Positions 12,902 through 26,269 of a DNA stretch of 64,000 nt are shown here, one piece after another (the stretch's first letter is position 1; every line of letters begins with the position of its first letter). A program made the translations under genes and the position numbers. Source of the stretch: Felis catus (Eukaryota); contig NC_058368.1 in assembly GCF_018350175.1 (NCBI RefSeq), positions 211,670,001-211,734,000 on the forward strand, read 5' to 3'. Below the pieces are notes generated by a model. It was given only the letters and a program-made list of their open reading frames with translations, made no database searches and was not told where the DNA came from.

Positions 12902-13384
12902 TGTACTAGTTTCCCATAGCTACTCTAATGAATTAAAACACACTTAGTAGTAGGCTACACGACAGAAATTTACTCTTTCACTGCTCTGGAGACCTGAAAT
13001 CCGAAATCAATCTCACTGGCTTGGCATCAAGGTATTGGCAGGATCTACAAGCTCTAAGGAGGAATCTGTTCCTTGTCTTTTATGACTTGGATGGCTAGCA
13101 GTATTCCCTGGCTTGTGGTCACAGCACTCCAGTCTCTGCCTCTGTGGTCACATTGCCTTCTTCTCTTCTGTCTCTGTGTAGTAAGATCTTCCTCTGTCTC
13201 CCTCATAGATGGATACTTATGATTGCATTACAAGCCCACCCAGATAATCCAGAATAATATCTCCATCTCCTCATCCTGAACTTAATCACATCTGCAAAGA
13301 TTTTTTTTCTGCCATGTATGTTAACATTCAGGTTCCAGAGATTAGGACCTGATATCTTTGGGGGCCACAATTACACCTATTACA
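12902..13384 (-). mobile_element. MLT1 solo LTR (MLT1C/D-like)
   Basis: TGTACTAGTTTCCC...CTTAATCACATCTGCAAAG...GGGGCCACAATTACACCTATTACA; TG...CA ends. Confidence 0.82.
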
Positions 13385-13864
13385 GGGTCTTCGGGTCTGG
13401 GAGAGCAGGAAATTGAAAGCTACAGAAAGGAGTTGGAGAAGGGCACTTGGACTGTAGCTGGGCTGACGGAAATGCCCCCGGAAACAAAGCCTTCACCAAA
13501 GGAAGCACACAGAAGACAAGTAGGCAACAGCATACAGGCAAGACACCTGGGCACCTGGAATTGTGGTCATTTCTCTTTTCCGAATTCCCGGAAGACCCAT
13601 GGTCTTTAAATTCCTGGAAAGTTTCACACGACACACGTAGGCAAAGTGGAGAAGAAGGTGCAGAAAAAGCAGCCGTCTTTGGTCATGAGTTTGAAAGGCT
13701 TAGCTACAAATGTAGTGTGAAATTGTCTGAAATTCCTGGCAGCAGACATGACTCATATTACTGTCTGACATTTACAGAACATTCTTCACAGCAGTTTCTA
13801 GAGTTTGTTAAGAGAGAGATACTGAAAATCGTTGGGTGACAGAATCAGTATCCAAAGACCTTTT

Positions 13865-14130
13865 TGTTAGACAATGGGTCAAATCCAAGAAGATGAAATG
13901 TTATAGTCGTGAATAAAGGTCTTGTACTTGGCCTACAGAAAAACTTTACAGGAAGGAGGAGATTTTGCTGAATGGCCGCCCACAGAATCCTAGTTATCAA
14001 TAATACGCTCACAGGGAATCAAAAAAACGTAATGAGGGAGGGTCTTGAAACATGTGGTGCCTAAAAAGCTGACGTGATCTTGGGCTGTATTAATAGAAAA
14101 ATAGAATCTAAAACAGGGAAGGTAATTCCA
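13865..14130 (+). mobile_element. L3/CR1 fragment
   Basis: AAAAAGCTGACGTGATCTTGGGCTGTATTAATAGAAAAATAG (ILGCINR) is a typical CR1/L3 RT remnant; similar pieces near 14.6 and 17.2 kb. Confidence 0.55.
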
Positions 14131-14846
14131 AAATTTCCAAAGGGAGCAAAATTAACTGAGGGTAGAAATCCACAGCTTTTGGAGAATGTTCCCAAATCTG
14201 GGCTCACACTGTTTCTGGAAACACATACGGGATCTTATCTTGGCTTTGGGAGCTGGCTTTGAAGAGGAATGATACTGGTGTGAAGTTAAGTAAGAAATGG
14301 AAGATATGGGTAGATTCTGGGTAGATTAGGGAAGAAGATACTTGAAAGAGGATAGTATCATATAGTGATCTTCAAAAGCTCACCAGAATTATTAAATTAT
14401 TTTTGCAGTACATATACATTACTGTTGCAACTAGAACTAGATTAACTTAAATTAAAACAAGAGAAGCAATAGTTTGGTTCTATACTACACTAATTAAACC
14501 ATGCTGGAAGCACGAATGCAGTGAGCACCAAGCAGAAAAATTGGAGGGCATTTGTAGAAGAATGAATAGCATTGTGCAAGTTTTCAAAACCAAATGATGA
14601 AGACTGAAGAGAGGATTGGGTATGTTTAACTTGGGAGAAAAAAGTTTTTAAACTATTGGAATGGCCACTTTTTGGAAAAAAAAGTGGATGACCCAAGGAA
14701 AACAGAGAAAACTTTAGAATTAAATCATAAAGAATAACTTAAAGAATAAACTGTCTAATAGTTTCTTGGAAAATAACATCCCTATTTATTTAAGTAAAGC
14801 ATTGAAACTTTGATCATTGCAGAGGTGTTAGGTAACATTAACTTTA

Positions 14847-15058
14847 ATTTTTTTTAACCCTTATTTATTTTTGAGGGAGAGAAAGATAGAGTACGAGCAG
14901 GGTGGGGGCAGAGAGAGAGGGAGACACAGAATCTGAAGGAGGCTCCAGGCTCTGAGCTGTCAGCACAGAACCCAACGCCAAGCTCAAACCCATGAGCTGT
15001 GAGATCATGACCTGAGCAGAAGTTGGACGCTCAACAGACTGAGCCACCCAGGCGCCCC
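14847..15058 (-). mobile_element. Can-SINE
   Basis: Full head; TSD TAGGTA(A/G)CATTAACTTT. Confidence 0.96.
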
Positions 15059-15409
15059 TAGGTAGCATTAACTTTAAAGTGATTTTGTATCCTAGGATAC
15101 CACGACAGATGCTTTTGAGTGCCTATACTTCTTCCTCAGGCAGCATGTTCTGGGAAGAAAGGCCCATCCCCCAAATCAGCGGGTAGGGCGGTACAAGGAG
15201 GATATACCTTGATTGGTATCAGTCAAATATGGCTTCCTAATTCCCTTTACCTGTGATCAGTTTAGGATCAGGCATAGGGCAAGTTATAGCCAATAAGACA
15301 TGTGTGGAAATAAGGTGGGTAATTTCTGAGAAGGATTTTGTTCCCTGATAGAGAGGGGGGAGGGGTAAGAAAGTCTGATTCTTTCTGTTGCCTTTAATGT
15401 GATTATGCA

Positions 15410-16570
15410 TGGCACAAAAACAGACACATAGACCAATGGAATAGAATAGAAACCCCAGAACTAGACCCACAAACGTATGGCCAACTCATCTTTGACAAAG
15501 CAGGAAAGAACATCCAATGGAAAAAAGACAGCCTCTTTAACAAATGGTGCTGGGAGAACTGGACAGCAACATGCAGAAGGTTGAAACTAGACCACTTTCT
15601 CACACCATTCACAAAAATAAACTCAAAATGGATAAAGGACCTAAATGTGAGACAGGAAACCATCAAAACCTTAGAGGAGAAAGCAGGAAAAGACCTCTCT
15701 GACCTCAGCCGTAGCAATCTCTTACTCGACACATCCCCAAAGGCAAGGGAATTAAAAGCAAAAGTGAATTACTGGGACCTTATGAAGATAAAAAGCTTCT
15801 GCACAGCAAAGGAAACAACCAACAAAACTAAAAGGCAACCAACAGAATGGGAAAAGATATTTGCAAATGACATATCGGACAAAGGGCTAGTATCCCAAAT
15901 CTATAAAGAGCTCACCAAACTCCACACCCGAAAAACAAATAACCCAGTGAAGAAATGGGCAGAAAACATGAATAGACACTTCTCTAAAGAAGACATCCGG
16001 ATGGCCAACAGGCACATGAAAAGATGTTCAGCGTCGCTCCTTATCAGGGAAATACAAATCAAAACCACACTCAGGTATCACCTCACGCCAGTCAGAGTGG
16101 CCAAAATGAACAAATCAGGAGACTATAGATGCTGGCGAGGATGTGGAGAAACGGGAACCCTCTTGCACTGTTGGTGGGAATGCAAATTGGTGCAGCCGCT
16201 CTGGAAAGCAGTGTGGAGGTTCCTCAGAAAATTAAAAATAGACCTACCCTATGACCCAGCAATAGCACTGCTAGGAATTTATCCAAGGGATACAGGAGTA
16301 CTGATGCATAGGGGCACTTGTACCCCAATGTTCATAGCAGCACTCTCAACAATAGCCAAATTATGGAAAGAGCCTAAATGTCCATCAACTGATGAATGGA
16401 TAAAGAAATTGTGGTTTATATACACAATGGAGTACTACGTGGCAATGAGAAAAAATGAAATATGGCCTTTTGTAGCAACGTGGATGGAACTGGAGAGTGT
16501 GATGCTAAGTGAAATAAGCCATACAGAGAAAGACAGATACCATATGGTTTCACTCTTATGTGGACCCTGA
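15410..16570 (+). pseudogene. L1 ORF2 C-terminal fragment (no start, no EN/RT), open for 386 codons
   Basis: [14 protein letters not shown]...YGQLIFDK...[25 protein letters not shown] (CCHC zinc knuckle)...[12 protein letters not shown]; no internal stop or frameshift. Confidence 0.95.
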
Positions 16571-16801
16571 GAAATTAACAGGAACCCATGGGGTAGGGGA
16601 AGGAAAAAAAAAAACAGGTTAGAGTGGGAGAGAGCCAAAGCATAAGAGACTCTTAAAAAACTGAGAACAAACTGAGGGTTGATGGGGGGTGGGAGGGAGG
16701 AGAGGGTGGGTGATGGGTATTGAGGAGGGCACCTTTTGGGATGAGCACTGGGTGTTGTATGGAAACCAATTTGTCAATAAATTTCATATAAAAAAAAATA
16801 A
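15410..16801 (+). mobile_element. Young 5'-truncated L1 (feline L1 type), ~1.39 kb
   Basis: ORF2 C-terminus, G-rich 3' UTR, AATAAA and A tail; perfect TSD TAATGTGATTATGCA (15395-15409 / 16802-16816). Confidence 0.97.
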
Positions 16802-18169
16802 TAATGTGATTATGCAAATATGCCACTTAGAAGTGCAACAGTGGTCTCACTACCATGCAGACCAAAGTCAGTGTCTGTGATGGACATTGTTGAGCCCCTC
16901 ATCAAACAAAAATCAACAATCTCTGATTAGGCATCCCATTTTGTGAAATAATTAAAGATTTTTATTACTTAAGTCACTGTTAGTTGGGTACTCTATCACT
17001 GCAGCCAGAAGCATGCTAATCCATTTAAACCCGATGAGTCTAAGAAAATCACTAAGGTTGGGGCAGCATGGTATATTGAATATAACAAACATCTTCTTGA
17101 AAAGATAGTTGTAAATTAAATTGCCATAAGTTGAATATTATTTTAAATGTATGAATGGAATTATTATCCAGGTAGCATCGTGAATATTGGATTCCATTCT
17201 AGGCTCTACATTTAAAGAGGAAACTGAAAGTTTCCTGGAGGGAAATAACCAGGATGATGGGGAATCTGGAATTTATGGGAAAAGGGGACCGGGAAAGTTT
17301 AGCCTGAAAAGAGAAACATGGTGTTTGGTGGTTCGTAGGGAAAGGGAGTAATGTTTGAGGGTTTTTCATATAGAACAAAGCTTAAACGTTACTTTGTATA
17401 GTGTCTAAGTCAACACTAGGGTCAGTGGTAGAGTCTAGGGCAGTAAGTTCCTGTTTGTTATAAGAACTTTCTAAGAACTAGAGCACTGAGAGGCCTTGTG
17501 AGACGGTGGGGTGCCAGGGAGCGGTCAAGCAGAAGCTGGCCCACCACGTACTTCAAGGGGAATTCCTGCTCTCAGTAGGCATTGAACTAGAGGATTCTGC
17601 AAAATGCTTACAGATCCAGTGCTCTTCATTAGCCCTGCTCCACAAAGGAGAAAACTAGGGCTTAGTGAAGGTAGGTGACGTGTCCAGCCCCTCACGGCCA
17701 GTGAGAAGCTGAGATGGGGCTGGGGTGTGGCTGCAGTGCAGGGCTGGGATGATGTCCTGAACCTTTGAGGATGTAGGGCTGGCTCCTTGAGCACATGGCA
17801 ACTTTGGACTTTGCAGGTCTTAGCATTTTGTTTCAGACACCAGAGAGTCGAACTCCGGAGCTCTGTAGACCTGTGATGGGAATTCAGGGAGCTGCCCCTG
17901 GAAGGGTTCAGGCTGTCATAAAGGAAGGTGCTTAAGCATTAAGAGACAGTATGATGTCAAAACAAGACATTACCGGCAGTGATCAATAAAAGGAACTCTG
18001 GCCTATACCCTGCCCCGGGCTGTCCCAGCCCTGAATTAGCCCTGCCAAGGTCTTGTGGACCTAGAGGTAGAAAAAAGTCCCGATGATGCTTGGAGGACAC
18101 TTCCTCATCCTCACTGGAGCCAAGCCTGGCTGCAGAGGGGGTTTAGAGAGGCTCAAGGGGGTCACACGC

Positions 18170-18570
18170 GTGCAGGTTGGAATCTCCCAGAAATGGACTC
18201 TGAGCCTCTGTACCGTGCACACAGGTTTACTAGAGAGTACTTTGGAAAAGCTGCTGTTGGGGGGTGAGGGGAGCCAGACTGGGCAAAGGGAGAATCTGAA
18301 CTGTGGCGCATTTGCCTGAGCTGGTCCTAAAGGGAGCTCTAGAACTGGGATGGTCCCTCACAGCTGCCCCAACAAGAGGCTAGTGGCATGGGACTCTGTG
18401 TCCCATATTGACCAGTCTTTGGATGCAGGCTGCTCCCAGAGGATAGCCTGAATTCTTTGGCAGAAGGCAATTCCTGAAGAGGGCCTCAGCGGTGAGCCCT
18501 CAGTAGCTAGCTAGCAGTCCCTGCAGTTGGGGTGATGAGTGCATGGTCCTGAAGGAGGCAGCCATCATGG
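18170..18570 (-). mobile_element. ERVL LTR (LTR16-like)
   Basis: GGGAGCTCTAGAACTGGGATGGTCCCTCA...TGACCAGTCTTTGGATGCAGGCTGC motifs; family from recall. Confidence 0.5.
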
Positions 18571-20448
18571 TGTTGCCAAAGAGAGCCACTCCCCTCTTGC
18601 AGCTGAATGCTGTGGCAGGCTGCCATGCAAAACACTTCCATTTCCTCTGGGGGCAACACTTCTGGCATATGATGAGGTCCCTGCGGCTAAATTAATGCTC
18701 CAAAGCACATGCTCTCTCTAAGGAAGGAAGCAGAGACCTGAGGGGGCGTCTGGCAGGCCTGGCCTCTTTCCCTCACCCCCTGAACGGCTCTGCTCATGCT
18801 CAGGCAGATCCCCGCCAAGGAGGTGAACGCAGGGAGGTGAATCTTTCATCCACGCTGACCTCAAAGGAGCACCAGGCCAGTGGTGGTGGCTGGAGGGCGG
18901 AGGGACACGGTCAGAAGGAAACACCCACGAGCTATCAAAGCTGGTCAACGTTCAAGTCATGGATTTTGAAATTTTGGTAATCCCCAGCCAAAAGATGTGC
19001 GTCACATCTAGTGACCTGACACGGCCAGGATCAACATCCTCTGGGAAAGAAGAAACCTAATCAGGATGCTCTTGGTTTCCTTGACTAGGTGACATGCGTC
19101 ATGGCCAGGATGTGGCCTTTAGGTCACTTCAGGCATCATGGAACCTCTTTCTCAGGCACCTCCAGGCCTGACACAATTTAGCACTGAATTGCATGTGGCC
19201 TTGTATTGCATCTTAGCGGTATTGTTGGAATTGTGTCCCCTTCTCGTCTGTAAACTCCATGCTACCCAACATGCACCTCACGCTTCTTTGCATCTGCCCA
19301 GCACCTGACACACTTAGGAGACTGATTTCAGACTCTGTTAGCAGACTTTGTGTTTCCATATCCCCTCCTTCCCTCACAGGGTGGCTATTATTAGTTGTAA
19401 GGAAATAGATTTTGTTTTCTCTAAGTAGAGTGATGGGAAAATAGCTACAAAATCCCTCTAACACTCTCCTGAGGAGAGCTATGAGAACAGGGCGGTGGGG
19501 GTAGGGGAGGCGGGGGAGAAGATCCTGTCATCGAGGCTTCTTTTGAAGGGAGACACTGTGCTTTCTCAGCATTTCATATTCCCCCTGGACTTCGGGGACT
19601 AGGGCAGGGATAAGAACCAGAGGCCTCACCCGCCTAACAAACCCACTTGTGTGGTGTTCACCGAATGCTGCCTGCAGCTCTACGATGTAGGGACCACTAG
19701 TATTCTCATGTTGCAGACAAGGAAAGTGAGGCACAGAGAAGTTGAGGTTCCCCAGCTGGTGCGGGGTGGAACCGGGGTTGACGCACTGGCCCCCAGCCTG
19801 TGCTCGGAGCCGCTTCCTGCTCTGCAGGTCCAGACTGGGTGTAGCTCCTGGGCTGTTGACACAACTATGAGCAAAGAAGGGAAGGAGCCAGGGGAATGGG
19901 AAGGAAGGTGAGGATCAGATTTCAGTGCTCATATCCTTCCAACACTAAGGGACGGCTGTCAGGCTTTGTGAGGGGTTCTCCCAGAGCTGCCTCCCACACA
20001 GCTTTAGGTATACGGGAAGAATCCCTCTCTACCTCCGTGGGGGAGGACAACGTACAGATATCCACAGCTTCAGCAAAACAGTCCTCTCTGTCTACTGGCT
20101 CTCTAGGCTCTGAAAGAAGTCTTTATTGTCTCTCTTACAACCTGGAAATGCTTGTTGACTGACACGATGCTGGCAGACTTGGCCTCATCTTTGCTCAGCG
20201 TGTCCCGCATTGATGGCCCAGCAGCTCCCTTCAAGAGATGGGCGTGCTTGGCCTCTGGTTGGTTGTCCTCAGCCATCGGAACCACTGCCCCAAACTCTCA
20301 GACATCAGAAAGGTCTCATTTTCCTATTGTGTTCTGTAAGCTAATAGGAGCCATCCTATGGCTTCATGTTAGGTTTACATAAAGGATGAATAATATGATA
20401 AATCATTCAGATACAAGGAAATGGCACATATATTTCTGCCTTGGTTAC

Positions 20449-20824
20449 TGTATTAGTCAGCTCGGCTGCTATAACAAAATACCATAGACCGGGTGGTTTA
20501 AACAAAAGACATTTATTTATCACTGTTACAGAGACTAGAAGTCCAAGTTCAGGGTGCCAGCAAGTTCTGCTCTCTGTGATACCCTCTTTCTGCCTTGTAG
20601 ACAGCCACCTTTTAGGCAGAGAGAGAGAAAGAGAGAGAAGGAGAGTTCTGATCTCTCTTCCTCTTCTTTTAAAAGGCACTAATTGCATCAGGAGGGCCCC
20701 ACCCTGTGACCTCATCTAAACCTAATTACCTCCCAAAGGCCCCACCTCCGAATATATTAACCTTGGGGTTAAGGCTTCAACATATGAGTTTGGGGGGTGG
20801 GGACACAAACATTCGGCCCATAAA
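20449..20824 (-). mobile_element. MLT1A-like solo LTR
   Basis: TGTATTAGTCAGCTCGGCTGCTATAACAAAATACCATAGAC...CCTAATTACCTCCCAAAGGCCCCACCTCC...GGGGACACAAACATTC. Confidence 0.87.
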
Positions 20825-22399
20825 AATAACCTTGTATTACAAGATAGCTACTGACAGATACGAGGACAACAGCAACACTAGAAATGGAGATTTATTCAGC
20901 AAACATCTACTGTCTGCCTGCAGGTGCGGAGGGTCAGGGACTGCGGTTGGGATTTGAGGAGAAAGGATACAAAGATGAACACAGTGCTGTCGCCACAGAC
21001 TTTCCTGTCTTTTGTCATCTCTGAAATCCACTATTAGAGGTCTGCTCTAACATCAAAGTCTTTGGGTGGCTCATGTTTCAGTGTCCATAGGCCAGGTGGG
21101 GGCTCCTTGGTAGGGCCTGATCAGCATGGATGGTTTCTCAGGTCAGCCAGACCTCCCCCTGCAGGGCCTACGGGAAGGTGCATGTTAACTCCATCCCACC
21201 CCTTCACCCTCTGCCTTAGTTGAGTTTCACATCTTATCATCTTCAGCAAGGATGACAGAAACATGACCTAACTGACCCTGCCCCTCGCCACCTTATGCCG
21301 ACAACCTTAGTTTCACAGCCAGAATAATCTGTCTGTCGGGGTTGGGGGGGGGGGGGATGCAGAAGGAAACAGAATCGTACTCAGTGGATCCAATGGAAGG
21401 ACTTTCATGAAGGAAGTATTTACAGAAGTGGAGTCAGGGCCCAGGACATGCACAGGGGTGTGGGCACAGAGTTTAGCATGGTGGGAAAACTTTTCTAGGC
21501 CTAAAGGGCCAGACTAGGAAGAAGGGAGGCCTTGAGCTGCAGAGGAGGGAGTGGCCCAGCTCTAGGTGAGGAACCGTGTTTGGGACATACGGAGAATGCT
21601 CCCGTGTCCCTGTCACAACCTCTCTCTCTGCTACTTCAGCTGCAGCTGCTGCCTCACCCTGACAGCTCTCCCCTGGAATGGAGGCAAGTGTGTTTCTGAT
21701 TTATTTCGAAGGATCTTCTCAGCAATTGCACCTGCTTGCCTTGCTTGCAGTGCTGCTGGAAAGCACAGGGGAGTCGATTCCCCGGGGGCACCCAGCAGAC
21801 TGGGCCAGGCCCAGGAGCTCCTGGATGAATGCTGAAGCCTCCGCCCTCTGACAGAAATCCCCAGAGGCGTTCTGTACCTCTCAGAGGTCCCCGAAGAGGC
21901 CCCCTGCCAGTTACTCACAGCTGTGATCCCATTCACGCTCTCGGCTCATTTCTCCCCCTCGCCTGTCCAGCCCTCCCTGCTCCTTCAGTTCTGGAATCAG
22001 CTTTGGAAAAAAATCTCTGGAACCCACGTTCTTGCCTCAGCCTCTGCTTGTAGGGAAGCCCATCCAAGATGTGCAGAGTCACAGCCATGACGGGAACAGC
22101 TGCCCTGCATTAGGAGGAGCTGTGGGAAGAAATACCCCGGCCTCTCTCTTCTCTGGCTCTGCAAACTCCTGCTTGTGCTAGCTACTGGCTCAATCAGCAA
22201 GAAGCCAGCAGGCAAGAGAGCACGGGAGTGCAGGGTTTGGGAGCTGGCCTCCCAGGACAGAAATGAGCAGGGAAAGAAAGACTGCGGATTTGGTGGGGGC
22301 AAGTAGAGAATAACCAGTAGATTTTCTAGAACACAAAGTTTACCAGGTCACTCCTTTAATGATGATGATGATGATAATAACAATAATGCTAATGAATGG

Positions 22400-22570
22400 C
22401 ATTTACTAAGACCTCATGTACCACAGATTGTGCACTGGAGACTTCAGGCAATGTACACAACTACCCCCATGAGGTAGACATACCATAATTCTCATTGCAC
22501 AATGAGGAGACTGCGGCATGGTGAAGATAATCAGTTTGTCTGGAATCATGCTACCAGGATGAGTGACTGG
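22400..22570 (-). mobile_element. MIR
   Basis: ATTTACTAAGACC...CCCCATGAGGTAG...CTCATTGCACAATGAGGAGACTG core. Confidence 0.65.
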
Positions 22571-23677
22571 GCTGTCTGATTGGACTCTCTGACTTTCAGT
22601 TTACTTTCAGTTTCTCAAGGTACCTTCAGCCTTATGACTTATCTTCTCCCAGACTCCTCCATTTACATCAACCCTTAGGCTCGCCCCCACCCCAACCCGC
22701 CAAACAACTTGATGTTTCCTAACTGATTCTGGATCACCTTTCCCCTTGTTAGCCTGCCTCCGTGGGCCTTCAAGTCTGGGCTTAAGTACCACCTCCTGCT
22801 GGATGCTTCCATCTCCTGCCCCACCCTTGACCTCTGATTACTCTGCACCCATCCATCTTCTCTGTGCTTCATCCGTATCGCTCAGGACCCTGCCCACGTG
22901 GCATTCATGGGATGGAGAAGAGATTTATTTACTGGTTTGTCTCTCCCACCACTGTAAGCTCTTGAAATAACTTCATCTGGATCTGTCCTTCTTTCTATTC
23001 AGTGCCTAGTGCAGTGCCTGGCATGTTGTACGTAGTAAACAAACTTTGATAAAGGGGGCAGAGAAGGGGGACAGTTCTGGAGCATGGAGCATTTCCAGCA
23101 AGATGGCCTAATTAGGGCATCTAAACCGTGGACAGCTGGGAGCAGCATCCAGGAAAGCCAAGGTTGCAAGCACTCAGCCCCATTTCCTTCTTGCAGAATG
23201 TCAAGGTCTTGACTCACGTGTTCATGCACTGGGATCCTTCCTGCAGGGCAATGAGGTCATAGTGGACACAGGGCTTGGGTTTTGTTCCTGGTCTGGACAA
23301 TGGTGTAAGTTGTGCAGCCTGTCATGGAGGGTTGATGTGAAGGTCAACAGAGACAGGTGGGTGAAAACTCTGTGACTATCTAAAGCACTCATAGCCTTCC
23401 ATTTTTAAGCACTGTCGAGAGAGGGGCCCAGGGTGCAACTCTTCAGGAGAAGGTGGGCCCCTCTGGGAGCTGCACTCACTCTGCAGGTCTCACCTTGCAG
23501 GTCTCACACACTGTTTCAAGTCAGATAGGGATTTCAATATATATACAGGTATCTCAATGAAATACACAGGAGATTCAAGCCTTCATAGGAATTCCCCTGA
23601 GGTTGTTGTTCCAGATCACAGTTTATTTGCTTTTCACCACCCCTTACTTACTGACTTTTAGCTTAAAGTTGAATGAT

Positions 23678-23890
23678 GGGGCACCTGGGGCGGTCAGTCG
23701 GTTAAGCATCTGACTTCAGCTCAGGTCATGATCTCACGGTTCGTGGGTTCGAGCCCCACGTTGGGCTCTGTGCTAACAGCTCAGAGCCTGCAGCCTACCT
23801 CAGATTCTGTGTGTTCTTCTCCCTATGCCCCTCCCCCACTCACGCTCTGTCTCTATCAAAAATAAAATAAAAAGCAAAAACAAAAAAATG
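23678..23890 (+). mobile_element. Can-SINE
   Basis: Head, B box GGTTCGAGCCCC, A tail; TSD TAAAGTT(G/A)AATGA. Confidence 0.95.
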
Positions 23891-24431
23891 TAAAGTTAAA
23901 TGAAATTTCATTTTCTTACATTCTTAAAAGTGTTCCATGTCCTTTGCCATTTTTGAGATACCCAAGGATGTGCAAAATCAGATTTTGCATATTTTGTTGA
24001 AGATTTTGTTGACTGTGATTGGGCATTCATGTAAAGCATTACAATGACTCTCCTTTGGTGTTCGTTTGGAAGAAACAGGGAACTGGTTTCCCATGGTACC
24101 TTTGATTGAGGTGCAAACTTCTCCCTCAGGCCACCAAGAAATCAGTGCAGTGTGTTATTGCTTCTGCCTCTCCTTGGATTACTATCCAACCGTGACAAGT
24201 TGATGGATTTGTCTAGTACCTCAGAAATCATTAAGTGCATTTTCTGTCTCTTCACTTGACTTTGAAAGATCAGATAGGCAGAGAAGGTAAGAAAATTGCA
24301 CAAGGTCTTAAAACCAGTAAATAACCATCCTGGGGCTGGAAGCTAGTTCTTATGCTTCTTCATATAGTTGCTTCTGCCATTTCTCATTCCATTATCCATT
24401 ATGCTGTCACCCACAAGACCTCCTAGGACCA

Positions 24432-24816
24432 ATGAGTGGATCGTGTTCCTCCCAAATTCGTATGTTGAAATTCTAACCCCTAATACCTCATAATAGGACT
24501 ATGTTCGGATCTAGAATCTTTAAAGAGGTAATTAAGTTAAAATAAGGTCATTAGAAGTTGGTCTAATCCAAAATAACTGGTGTCCTTATAAGAAGAGGAA
24601 ATTAGGACACAGACACACATGACGGGAAGATCAAGTGAAGACACAGGGAGAAAATGGCCATCTACAAACCAAGGAGAGAGGCCTCAGAACAAGTCAGCCC
24701 TGCTGACATCTTGATCTTGGACTTTGGGCTCCCAAAACTGTGATAAAAGAACTTTCTGTTGTTTAAGCCAACCAATCTGTGCTACTTTGTTATGGCAGCC
24801 CTAGCAAACTAATACA
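24432..24816 (+). mobile_element. MLT1B-like solo LTR
   Basis: CCCAAATTCGTATGTTGAA...GGTGTCCTTATAAGAAGAGGAAATTAGGACACAGAC...GGCAGCCCTAGCAAACTAATACA. Confidence 0.87.
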
Positions 24817-24832
24817 ATTCCTTATAAAAACT

Positions 24833-25053
24833 GGGGCGCCTGTGTGGCTCAGTCGGTTGGGCGTCCGACTTCGGCTCAGGTCACGATCTCACAGTCCGTG
24901 AGTTCGAGCCCCGCGTCAGGCTCTGTGCTGACAGCTCAGAGCCTGGAGCCTGTTTCAGATTCTGTGTCTCCCTCTCTCTGACCCTCCCCTGTTCATGCTC
25001 TGTCTCTCCCTGTCTCAAAAATAAATAAAACGTTAAAAAAAATAAAAAAAAAA
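24833..25053 (+). mobile_element. Can-SINE (young, CpG-rich)
   Basis: Full head with retained CpGs, (CT)n, A tail. Confidence 0.96.
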
Positions 25054-25065
25054 TTAATTGAGGGA

Positions 25066-25260
25066 GGGGCGCCTGGATGATTCAGTCGGTTAAGCACCTG
25101 ACTTCGGCTCAGATTGTGATCTCACAGTTCATGAAATCAAGCCTGACATCAGGCTCTCTGCTGTCAGCACAGAGCCCACTTCTGATCCTCTGTCCCCCTG
25201 TCTTTCTGCCCCTTCCCCACTCACGTGCACTCTCACCCTCTCTCCAAAATAAAAATATTT
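25066..25260 (+). mobile_element. Can-SINE
   Basis: TSD AAAAATTAATTGAGGG (25049-25064 / 25261-25276). Confidence 0.93.
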
Positions 25261-25381
25261 AAAAATTAATTGAGGGCAAAAAAGAGAAAAACAGAGATAA
25301 AAAACTTCAGCTCTTTTGTGTTCTATTATTAGCATCGCCCATGGAACTAAGATATACATAAAATAAAAATGACACATTTCA

Positions 25382-25492
25382 GGGCACCTGGCTGACTTAG
25401 TTGGTGGAGTGTGTGACTCTTGATCTCAGGGTTGTCAATCCTAGCCCCATGTTGGGCATAGAGATTATTTAAAAATAAAATCTTTTAAAAAA
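25382..25492 (+). mobile_element. Short Can-SINE variant lacking the CT tract
   Basis: GGGCACCTGGCTGACTTAGTTGGTGGAG...TCTTGATCTCAGGGTTG...AGCCCCATGTTGGG...AGAGATTATTTAAAAATAAAATCTT. Confidence 0.8.
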
Positions 25493-26039
25493 AAGATAAC
25501 ATCTCTTTGATTTCAAAGCAAATTTCTTGGAATGTGGAAAGGAATGGAAGTTTGGTATAGTGAATACTTTTTATAAAACTTGCAGTAGGAAGGGGAGAAA
25601 TTAACAACAAATAATTTTTCAGTATTCTTAACTTTAGATATTCTTTGATTAATGTAGGCATCTGACTTATTTCTGGAGTGAGAAATACCATTTTATTAAC
25701 TACTGTGTAGGCAACTGCTTTCTCATCCCAGACACAAAGAAAAAAAGAAAAAGTCCCTCCCTGCTTCCTAAAAATGTGAACTTTAGCTGCACTGATAACT
25801 TTCCAAAATCTTTTCTAACTGTCCTAATCCTGATTCTTTGGAAAGAAATCCAAAAGGTTCTTGTCAAGAGAATCAGAAAAGAAAAGCATGGTGTTGTTAA
25901 CACAGAAGGGAGATGATGTTTATTGGGAAATCTCTCTTCCCGGGAATGGGAGGTTTCTGGGCCAGCACCCAAGCACAGCAGTGCCTATAACCAGTGTCAT
26001 TTATTTTCAGGGATACCACACATTAGAATTTCCATGTTA

Positions 26040-26269
26040 GGGGCGCTTGGGTGGCTCAGTCGGTTAAGTGTCCAACTTCGGCTCAGGTCATGATTTCACG
26101 ATTCATGGGTTCGAGCCCCGCATCGGGCTCTGTGCTGACAGCTTAGAGCCTGGAACCTGCTTCGGATTCTGTGTCTCCCTCTCTCTCTGCCCCTCCCCTG
26201 CTCACACTGTCTCTCTCTGTCTCTCAAAAATAAATTAATGCAAAACAAAAAAAAAATTAAAAAAAAAAA
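26040..26269 (+). mobile_element. Can-SINE
   Basis: Perfect TSD AGAATTTCCATGTTA. Confidence 0.97.

Larger units (their letters stand above)
15200..17020 (+). mobile_element. Old MaLR LTR (MLT1I/J-like) split by the young L1
   Basis: ...TATAGCCAATAAGACATGTG...GAAGGATTTTGTTCCCTGATA left of the L1; TTAAGTCACTGTTAGTTGGGTA...TGCAGCCAGAAGCATGCTAA right of it. Confidence 0.5.

Noticed and set aside
15581..16570. 329-aa ORF as a host gene
   Set aside because: It is the L1 ORF2 C-terminus inside a TSD-flanked truncated L1.
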